DNA from: Priapulus caudatus | Lineage: Eukaryota | Assembly (NCBI RefSeq): GCF_000485595.1 | Contig: NW_014577089.1 | Location: forward strand, 181,770 to 245,769 | Reading direction: 5' to 3' | DNA length: 64,000 bases | Shown here: piece after piece, positions 53,943-64,000 of the stretch | How positions within the stretch are numbered: position 1 is the first letter of the stretch | Layout: each line of letters starts with the position of its first letter | The notes under the pieces: generated by a model | Told to the model about the DNA's origin: nothing | Databases searched by the model: none | Seen by the model: the letters and a program-made list of their open reading frames with translations, nothing else | Program-made: the position numbers and the translations under genes

Positions 53943-54731
53943 AGCTCGGCGCACACGTGAGTAATTTTACTCAAGTAAAATGATGCAGAGTCAAAATACT
54001 CACGCGTAATATTTTCAGCGTTCGCCGCACACGTGAGTAAAATTACTCAAGGAATAAAGGCGTTTTTATCTAATCGAAAGCGCTTTACGGTTTCGAAAAT
54101 CTTCCATTTATCTAGACGGTTTCGTGAAAGCGCTTTGGTAGTTTCTCGTTTTTATCTAGACGGTTTGCGAAAGTGCTTTGCGAAACCGTCGAAATCGGCC
54201 AGCGAGCGATTTCAGACGCTTTCATGATTCGATATGGCGGATAGTCAAACGTAAGTTATTAAGTAGTTATCTTAATAAATGATTATATAAGAATAATAAG
54301 TTAATGTGTTATAAAAACGTACAAAGATCAGCTAAATCCTAACCAAATGGTGATCGTAGCTGAGTGTTTTTATGTAACAAAAGCGCTTTCACCAAACCGC
54401 TGATCACGTGATTTAGGAAACCGATTTACCGATTTCGCTTAGATAAAAACGCCTTAAGTAGTAATGCAGTTCACGTGACTGTGCGCAGCCAATACTGGGC
54501 GCACAATGATTTAAACGCATGCGCTGTGAGTACCAGTGTTGAGTAAATTTACTCAGCGCGCGCGCACACGTTGAGTAAAATGATGCATGAGTCAAAAATT
54601 ATCAAACACGTTTGATATCGAGTAAAATGACGCATGCGTCAAATTACTCAACGAAAATCCGCCGCACACGTGAGTAAAATGACTCATGCGTCATTTTACT
54701 TGAGTAAAATTACTCACGTGTGCGCCGGGCT
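53943..54731. mobile_element. Non-autonomous DNA transposon (MITE, PIF/Harbinger-like) in the intron between coding exons 1 and 2
   Basis: ~45-bp TIRs AGCYCGGCGCACACGTGAGTAATTTTACTCAAGTAAAATGA; flanks TAA/TTA (TWA with one mismatch, or a TA TSD); internal GAGTAAAAT repeats; no ORF. Confidence 0.8.
54058..54454. mobile_element. Harbinger-like MITE nested inside the previous element
   Basis: TIRs AGGCGTTTTTATCTAA(T/G)CGAAA; exact TAA target-site duplication at 54055-54057 and 54455-54457. Confidence 0.8.
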
Positions 54732-56634
54732 TTAGACCAGCCCAATAAAGCTTGTCCCTACTTGCTTTTATGCAAATGATATTCGTATAATGATGTAACG
54801 TCCTATTGTATAGCTCTTACGGCCTAATACAGAAAAATGGGTTCTATTTCACGTTTTCTGTACTGTATGTTTTTGGACTAGCAAAAAAATGTTTCTTTGA
54901 CCCAATCAAATGAAAAAAATATGATTTGCTGTCAGACCATGCTACACTCTATTGGAAAGCAATATCTGTGTATTTACATGAATTCATGAGCCTGTGCACA
55001 CGTATGATAATGCGCACGTCTAAGAATGAGGACATGAATGTCTCACTTTCGCGCACACATGTATGTGAGCATGCATTTTGCATGTGCACAAACGAGTAAC
55101 GTATGATATATATGTGCGCATGTGAGATCGTGTATACATATATTTGTATGGCTCATATGTGTCAATTAATGAACAAATTTTCATTAATTACCTATCTCAT
55201 TAATATTAATCAAGCATATTAATTAATTATGAGAACAGTCAATCCTATTACAATTTATTGCATTGACTTGTTGTTATACACACACCATCAAATCATCTAT
55301 AGACTGTATGCAAAATCTGTAAGCAATAAATTGTGTTTTACGTTTTAGAATATGTACATGTCATGTGTGATCTGTTTTCCTTTTGGTGCAACATCCAACC
55401 TAGACAAAGGTGCACAGAGACAAGTACTGTGATTTCATGTGCAGAAACTTTTGATTCTAAAGCTGCATCTTTTTGATATCGTGGTATTTAAATCCAAATG
55501 CTCTTACTATGCACAGCATTTCACTCTTTTCTTAAAAGTTCAGAAGTATAACTTTAAAATCTCACTGGACAGCTAATCTCCTCACATATCAGCAGAAAGT
55601 ACTAATCATGCTTGAAAAAATTCATGAAAATAATAGGTAACATCTAAAAACAAGTGTATCTCACTAGGCTTGTCTGGCTACGTACTGCAAAAATGAGGAA
55701 TTCAGCTCCGTGTTAAGATGACCTTCAACGTCTTTCCCTAAACATCAATTTCGTTTTTGTACCTCGACTGCAAGTTAATAACCCAGAACAATTCACAAGG
55801 ATCAGTACAAATAGCAGTGAAAATCGTTCTCATATATATGTCAGCTGAAGAGCGAGCACGATAGTCGCGGTGTAGTTGGAACTCTAGTTTACATGCCAAA
55901 CTGTTTTTATCTACACCAAATTGTCAACACGAGATGCTTGGTATTTTTTCCTCACGAAAAAAAAATTCAAAACAAAACTAGTACGTTTGCGTACACTTTT
56001 AGGTGACTCTTATTTCTCCACCCAAACAAAATCGTTGTCAAAAGTAGACACTCGTAAAATTAAATCTACTAATTAGCTTTTTAATCAGCCATCTCTCTCA
56101 TTACTAATAGTGGCACAACTACTGCACCTACGTAGCATGGACATTCACTGCAGGTTTCAATTCCTACTGAAAGCGAAAACACTGTCTTGCCTCACGGTTC
56201 ATTGATTCACGGTGAATCAGCACGCTTAATTAATCAGTTTCTCTTCTTTTTGCTACCTCGGTCTGCGCCATGCAGTCACCGCGTCAATCAGAAATGCTTC
56301 AAAAATGCCTTGACCGCGCCGAGCCGTGCCATAAGTTGGCAGCTGCCTGAAAACCATCATGCATTCGAACATCGCACGTTCCGAAGATGTTTTGAAGAGT
56401 TAATACCGGCCAGCTGTTTTGAAGGAAGCGGCGGTCGCCTGCCTGCGTGCGCAGCAGCCCCACGGACGGCTCTGAATCACGCGCGCTTCACACTGGGCCG
56501 CCTTTATATACGCTCCAGTTTGTACGGGCGTGCGCGCTCTTCATCACGCCGTCATGCACTAGCATTGCTGATCGATGGCGTTCTATTATATACAACACTC
56601 ACTCTCGTGGTCATTAACGCGCTCCTTTCACACA

Positions 56635-56674
<40 letters not shown>

Positions 56675-58638
56675 CACGCGCACGCACACACACACACGCA
56701 CACGCACACGAACACGCACGCACGCACATAGATATATGCTCATTATTTTTTGCTTAACATATATATGTTAGCTGCACAACAAAGGCACGCGTTTCTTTTT
56801 TTAACAGCCACTGGGATTACTTTCTACCGAACTTGTCAATCACTGAAATTTTATAGTTGATATGATATGGTAACTGCAGGATATTGATACAAATATCTCA
56901 CCAATAAACTCAAGTAATTTTACATGGACGTATCAGGTTTCTACAAAACATTGCAAACTCAGCGTATGCATTGACTGTGTCATTTATAATTGCATGATAA
57001 TATAATTCGTATACAAAAATTACATTATACTTCATATCATTGCAGGTATATTTCGAATTTAGCTTCATCTTGAGACGTTTTTTAAATAAATATGTAGAGA
57101 AATATAGATTCAGCATTTAGCTTCAGCAGCTAGTGGGTGAAGAGTGAGTACTGTTGTTCATGTTCATGAGTAAGGGCATACACTTCCACATCACTAACCA
57201 AACTCCAAGTCTTGATAATATTTCAGGTAATGACGTCTATGAATTTAGAAATGCCTATTGATGAGGGCTAACTGACTTTTCCAAATTTAGTTATAATCTA
57301 CACAAGACGAAACAGTGTAAAACATTAACAACACTTAAACTTACTAAATATAACACATGACTAATCAAGTAAACACAGTACACACTCCTCTTACTTCATC
57401 TTTCACACATCTAGCCAAACCACAACTTGTCTCTACTTGTTATGTTCCAGATATTATCCCCCATTCAATTTTTAATGACACCGTGTTTGCCGCTATAAAG
57501 TGCACATAGAAACGATTAAATTTGCACAGAGCATATATGCAAGTACTCAGGCCTGAAAATACGTAATCCTAAAACCCCGGTCGCACAAACGCAACAAAAA
57601 CTGGCTTCAGATCGAATTGCTCAGCGAACAAACACAGTGCGTCGTTCCCAGCCCTCTGGCCCTTTGCAGGGTGAGAGAGTCAGCCGATCCGCCCACAGTG
57701 CGAGCGTCGTGAATGGAGCAGCCTGGTCATGGCATGGTTCCCCCGTACGCTCTAGAGCACAGCATCTCCCAACTAGCACAAAAGCGACCGCGACAGATGT
57801 CAGCCAACACTGGCGCAGCTGCTGCTGATGCTGACAAGTGAGAGAATATTACGGACGTGATTTTGCTACTAAGAACACAAGCACCGATCAAAATTTTCTG
57901 AACTCACAGCACGCAGAAACAGCTGGTTATAGTATTGTCTACCGCTGTGTTTTAAAAGCACTGCCTTGCCGCAGATTTGAAACTGTAACGTTGTAATGTG
58001 ACTATTACTTAAATCATTTTCAAAGCAAAAACAACCATTATGATAGTAGAGGTATGAATGAAGTACCGGTAAGAAAAACGTTTGACAGTGAGTTGCTGTA
58101 TTATTTGCACGCAACTAATTATTATGTGTATGTTTAACATTGTATCATTGGGATTTGCATTATTGTATCACTGTTTTAGAGGTTGGGTCCTCCTGGATAA
58201 TAGTTTAATTAACTTTAGATGCCACAGGAATCATTTATATGTATTTATATTATATATGTATTAGAATGTAAAATTTCGTTATATCCGAATCTATAATGCT
58301 CTTTATTTGACCAAGCTTATCACTACACCATATAATCCCCTAAACTACTAAACATTACTTGGAGACAATTTGAAAAAACTACAGAAATTATGTGCAATGC
58401 ATCCACGAATACATTTTAAAGAATCCAACTGCAAGTTTAAGGCTTTACTGTTGACACGGTACAGGATTAAACATAGCAATGTTTATGCACTTATTGCGAT
58501 ATGAAGTCATATACTTATCGTCAGCTACTATTACGCAATAGACATAATTCAACAGTGTCATTCTAAATGTCATCACAAGTTATTACGTTACATGTTTTAT
58601 ATAGATATATTACATGTATGCACAATTTCAAACAGTAC

Positions 58639-58661
58639 CTGATGCCTATACGGCGCAGCAT
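58639..58661 (-). CDS. First coding exon (coding part) of an uncharacterised multi-exon gene; MLRRIGI+AG
   Basis: Exon 58639-58782 is bounded by acceptor tctgttgcag and donor CAG|gtactg. The ATG has accATG context with an in-frame TAA two codons upstream. Its phase-2 end matches the next exon. Confidence 0.7.
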
Positions 58662-59416
58662 GGTTTAGGGTTGGATGTCAATGAGGTCAACTCTCTGGGT
58701 TCATGTTTCCATCAATGAAATCGTATCCACATCATACACTATGACATTTAGAAAATCACTGAGCTGTCCAAACTCTCAAGATCTGCAACAGAATACATGT
58801 CTGGATCAGACAATATATCTACTCAGTGTTAAACTTGAAACTAACTGCCCTGTATACTCAGTGGTGAAGAACAGCTGCATGGCGTGTGCACTGTACAACG
58901 TAGAGGCATGGCTCATCACTTTCTCATTATTATTGGCTTGCCCTTGGCAGTGCTTAAGTTCGGTTATTCTGTAGTCAAGGAACTTACAAAGACATCGAGA
59001 AAAATTTGGTGCGGGTTTGCCCATGTGTTGTGCGTGCATCTGTTTGTGTGCGCATGAATGATAAATGTAATGATAATGATAATGTCACCATTGCATCCTA
59101 TGTAAAACCCATACATCCCTGTATAAAAACCTTGTTGGTTGCAATGTCCTTGTGATTACAATTTCTTACTGTGACACTAATCTACTATTAGAAATATGTT
59201 ACTGTACACTTCCATTTACTCTTCAACTTGTCAACTAATAATGAGCATCAATGTTTAAAAACAATCTAGAGTTGTAGTCAGGGCTCGTATTAATGTCAGG
59301 TTAAGGCTATATGGGCTAGAGTTAATTGGGGGCTAAGACAAGCTGCAATGACAATGACTGAGTGTAAAGTTTAGCAATGCAATAACATTGACTGACCTAG
59401 ACACACTATATTGTGA

Positions 59417-59767
59417 CAGGGTGCGAAATTAACGGGAGTCCGGAGTCAAATACTCCCTGATTTACGGTCGGACTCCCTAATTTGACATATGCAGGAGTCC
59501 GTGTGACTCCCTGAAAATCTTGCCATACTAACTAGTTCGTTCCGGAGCACGGCCTCGCGGAATTACTGTATTTTTTTAGCTAATGTCCAAAGAAACTTTG
59601 GCAGACGTGCAACTGCATGAATCTTAAAAATAAGCACATGCGTTATTCTTAATATCTTTCATTTTGAACCTCAGACTGCGGACTCCCTCATTTTGCTGCG
59701 AACTCCCTCTTTTTGAGGGTAGGGAGTACGTTGGACTCCCTTGTTCAAAAGTTAATTTATACCCCTG
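59417..59767. mobile_element. hAT-like MITE (351 bp)
   Basis: Imperfect 17-bp TIRs CAGGGTGCGAAATTAAC / GTTAATTTATACCCCTG; 6-bp direct repeat TTGTGA on both sides; repeated subterminal GGACTCCC/GGGAGTCC motifs. Confidence 0.7.
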
Positions 59768-61050
59768 TTGTGAGAACGACTGGCATTAGATACAATAATG
59801 TGACCTAACACAGAGTTGGGTTAGGCTATGTTGCATTACATTATTGTATCTAGACTGGCTTAAACTTGCATAATTATTTGATTCAAACACACAAACATCC
59901 TATAAATAACTAAACTTAACATAACAAACCCTTTACTATAACCTATAATTAATATATAAATGTATGCACTTTTATGCCATTTGCTTGAGTACTGAGAGTA
60001 GCAAGAACTACTAGTATTAGTAATAACTCTTAAAACTATGGAAGAACATTTATTTACATTGCTACAGAACCACGTTTTTAAACAGGGTGCTTCGATCGCA
60101 GCAAAAATATAAGTTATTATAACCTATAGTTGTCACTCGCAGAAGGGACTATATATATATTGGTTACTCAGCCCCCTAACGACGTAGGTTACCTACTCCC
60201 CCGAGTGTTCAACAGCCTAGGCTTACAGCTAACTGGAAAAATTTTGTTCAATTTCTAAAGTACAGTTATCATAAGTCACGTGCACTACAGTACAGAGTAG
60301 GCCTATATTGGTCTAAAGTTACTTGACCCCTGTCACTACATTATTACATATAATTACAAATTAACGAGGAATAGGTCTAGCACTTCATAAATGCAAATTC
60401 AGCATATTATTTATCCCACATGATCATGTAGGGCCTACCGCTGTGTGCATAGCTGTGATAGAGTAATACGGGTAAATAGGGTTGGCTGTCTAATCACGTG
60501 CAAGTTGCTAGTGCCTAGTGGTACTAGTAGTAGTTCACCAGTAGTGCGTCACGGTGAAAGCGCTTTGGCACTTGAACTCGGCGCCGCTCGTTTAGTATGT
60601 AAATGATTTTCGGTACTGCGCGCCGCAGTCGTTGATGTTTTGTACTTGGAATCTGATCAATCTCTCGTTCTAAATTACCGTACTACTTTAAATTAAAACA
60701 ACAAACAGTATAACTACATTATATAAGCATGTTAAGCGATAAAGAAAGTACACAATACATACGTAAGGATATGTACACACGCTGAAGACTACCTTCTTCC
60801 TTCAAACTATTCGTCGTGTATATTTCACGACGCGTCTCTGAACTCCTGTGTTGCGTTTATTTCCACAAGATGGGTACCCTACAGTGGTAATAAGACCGTG
60901 TACAACGGAAATCGAGAGACAGGTACCAGTCTAGTATCAGCTACCCCCCTCCCACCCCCACTCGGCATAGTCATCCGCTAGGGGAAGCTCTGCTGAGACA
61001 AGAGAGCAGGCTGAAAATTGTGAAGAAATGTTGATTTCGTGTGGTTTAAT

Positions 61051-61084
61051 CATAGATATAAATAGAAGAATATCTATATCTATG
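61051..61084. mobile_element. 34-bp micro-element with CATAG...CTATG termini (P-element-like)
   Basis: TIR CATAGATATA / TATATCTATG; direct repeat GTTTAAT at 61044-61050 and 61085-61091. Confidence 0.6.
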
Positions 61085-61467
61085 GTTTAATCAAAATTAC
61101 CTTTTCCAACGCTTACAACGTTGTAGGTACTCCTGAGCTTATTGGTAATGACCTTTGGGTAAGCATATATAGGAAACAATCAATAGGACTTCGGTTATCC
61201 ATTTCAAGCATTTGTGTCAGCTCCAGCCGAAGTCACGTGGGGACAACAAATTTAATGAACATGCATGAACATGAACTTGAACTTTGAAGTAAACATGATG
61301 ATGAAGTAGGCATAATGACTAATGAATGAGTAGGCCTAATGTACTAATGTCGGCCGGGTAATGATGTCTTGATGATGAAGTGCGTTGCTGTTGGGTGCTC
61401 AGGCACACGCACGCACGCACGAACGCACGCATGCACGCGCGCACACACGCGTATATGCGCCTTATTA

Positions 61468-62225
61468 TTAGCTCACCTTGACATCGGCAAGCTGAGCTAT
61501 TGCCATGGATCGTCGTCCGTCGTCCGTTCGTCCGTCCGTCAACATTTGGCTACGGTCAACGATAACTCAGGAACCGTTTGACCCACATGTTTGAAATTGG
61601 GTATAGTTGTTACTGCTATGCTCCCATATTGAACGTCCAATTTTGGAGCACGCCAGTCGACGTACTTTCGAGCCACGGCAATTTTTTGGCAAAAATGGGA
61701 ATTGCCATTAGTCAGTTCAGGTTTAACGGATTTTGCTCATTTTTGGTATGTGAATGAATAAGGGCTAGGAGTTTTGATATTTAAAAAAAAATTATGCAAA
61801 TTAGGTAGGTTTTGGTAATTATATAGCATATTATATAGACACGATAACAGATAACAGTCTGTGGTGTCAGTCTGGTTCATTTTACAAGATTTCATTGACA
61901 ATATCTTTAATGCAAAATTGGTATTTCTTCTCCACCCTGCCGATAAAACGTCTATAGTAGAGTAAAGTTTTACAAAACATGTCGGAACGCAGCATTTAAC
62001 CTATTTATTTCGAATGCCATTGCTAAGAAACACCAAAGCGGGTATAGCGCCATCTACCGTCACAAATTGTGATTTATTTTGGTTTATAAATTATTATTGC
62101 GATATACAGATGGCAATCGTTTCTATAATGTACGTCGATGGTTGCTCAATTAAAACTGACTTCTTCTCAATCACTCATTTGTGTCCTTTTTTCTGGTGAG
62201 CTACAGTGTCATTGACACTTTCATT
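61468..62225 (+). mobile_element. Helentron-associated non-autonomous element (HINE / DINE-1-like)
   Basis: 5' TTAGCTCACC subterminal IR followed by a hairpin (GCTCA...TGAGC) and a (GTCC)n microsatellite. The 3' end has GGTGAGCTA (62195-62203), then stem-loop AGTGTCA-T-TGACACT and TT. This matches the known HINE architecture. Confidence 0.8.
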
Positions 62226-62280
62226 ATTAATACTAATACTAGTACTAGTAGTCTAGTAGTAGTAATAGATCGATGTAATA

Positions 62281-62348
62281 TAGCTCTAGTAACTATAGCC
62301 CGCGTACAGTTGCCGCTGGCTGTACGCGGGCTATAGTTACTAGAGCTA
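62281..62348. mobile_element. 68-bp micro-MITE: perfect hairpin with 9-bp TSD
   Basis: Perfect 29-bp arms TAGCTCTAGTAACTATAGCCCGCGTACAG with a 10-nt loop; direct repeat GATGTAATA at 62272-62280 and 62349-62357. Confidence 0.8.
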
Positions 62349-64000
62349 GATGTAATATGAATTATAACGGCTATCGCGATTCTTTTAGTAATGAGCACTA
62401 ACCACAACATTTCAACAAATTGCAGTGACCATGATTACTGATTAGTAATTTCTGATATCTGACTAAAAAAATATTAACAGTATAACGATGCTACTAGTAC
62501 TAGTGTCATAATATCAAGAGTGTCATAATATAAAGGAGTATGACTCGCTGGAAACACAAGACGGTCAACATTTCCATGCCCTAGTTTGAGTTATTATGTG
62601 AAACTCAATAAAAATGACATCAGAAGTAGCATTGTACAATCCACTTACCCTCACACTTTACCTTGTATCGATACCTATTCTTATTATGCTGTTGTCGTTT
62701 CGAACGTCAGACATGGTTTTAGTCGTTCACCTGGTCAAGTGGCAGGCATTCCCGGCCGATGCAAGTAAACAATTGGCAGCTTGTGGTGAGACGCTGTTGA
62801 CGAGGTTCGGCAAGTATTTGAAACCTGCAAATACTCGCGAGCTCACATTGTAAAAACTTCCAAAATGTCACTAAAACGAAAGCTTATTACGATTCACGAA
62901 TAATTATTTTCTATAACTATGTCATACGACATCCGTTTATCTGCACTCGCAGCCGTGGCATGGGTCAAAGCCAGCAGTCAAAGCCCACTACTAATAAGCG
63001 AGTTCGTATCTCGTGCGTGCAAGGAATCATGGGATTTGTCAAATGTCATTCGGGATAAACAAAGCGTTGCTAGTGGTCGCGAACGCATTGCTGTATAAAC
63101 TGTATACACTAGCTGAAACCCGCGCTACGCTACGCACGGGCTTAGTGACTGTGATGCATGTGTTACCATGCAGTGCAGTAGTGTTATGTGTAAGGTGTTA
63201 TATGTAGAGTTTAGTTGTTGCACATGTTTGTTTTTTATGGTTGAGATGTCAATACAAATACATGTGCAATCCTGCTTACACGTAACACATTAACCATTTG
63301 TTTGGCAAGTACACAGTGAAATACACACACCCACACAGAAATGTTTTATTGCATGCTATGTACTGGTTGATAATACGGACTCCAAAGTTAGAATATAGAT
63401 AGATGTGAATGGTTATAACGTAAACGTTATAACGTAAATGTTTCCACTGTGTGTGGACCAGGTAATATTGCGTGGTTGTGATCACTTATTTCTACGCATG
63501 TTTGCACTCTGTGCGGACGCCGTAATATTACGTGCCTTGTGATCGGACCGCTTGTGACAGATCGGTGTTCACGACACTCGTACACTGTACAGCATTGCAG
63601 ACTTCCAAAAAAAAATCTGTACAATACTATTTCTCTGATGAAATTCAACTTGTACATCTCATATGGGAAACTATGGCCAAATAGCTACTGAATATTTAAC
63701 TTCCTTATTACATGGTTATTTCTACCTACATTATGGGGCTTACACAAATCTCAGACACACAGACAGTCACACAGAACAGAGATACAAAGAACAACACGAA
63801 ATTGAAACCTGTTGATACACAACGAAATACAAACAGAACGAAAACAAAACAGCGCCCCCTATTTTCAGGCAAATGCTTACATTTTTTTTGTCTTTTTTAA
63901 GACCGAACAAACGGTTTTCAACCGAGTATAGTTTAGAACCCGTCCCGTGTACTCATCGATCTCTTCTGTATATTTGGCACTATTTGGATCCAAACTGACG

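Noticed and set aside
55510..56010. Possible Kolobok-like non-autonomous element (TTAAAAGT...ACTTTTAG)
   Set aside because: The terminal match is only a few bases and the TSD is not exact.

Overview
This is eukaryotic, probably invertebrate-metazoan, draft-assembly sequence. It has N gaps, many micro- and minisatellites, and stretches with indel noise typical of uncorrected long reads. There are no prokaryotic operons, CRISPR arrays or recognisable RNA genes. The one well-supported gene lies on the minus strand. It has seven frame-consistent GT-AG coding exons from ATG 58661 down to 48327, giving at least 972 codons and including a 2152-nt GC-rich exon; its 3' end is unresolved. It encodes a Ser/acidic-rich, probably disordered protein with no domain I can recognise. 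The rest of the window holds several non-autonomous DNA elements (a nested Harbinger-like MITE pair, two hAT-like MITEs, a Helentron-type HINE, two MITEs carrying telomeric hexamers, 34-89 bp micro-elements with TSDs), a ~420-bp fold-back, and two multi-kb tandem duplications (24.8-31.6 kb, 34.2-42.4 kb) that are probably assembly or haplotype artefacts. I see no convincing novel multi-gene system; the findings are moderate-interest leads.
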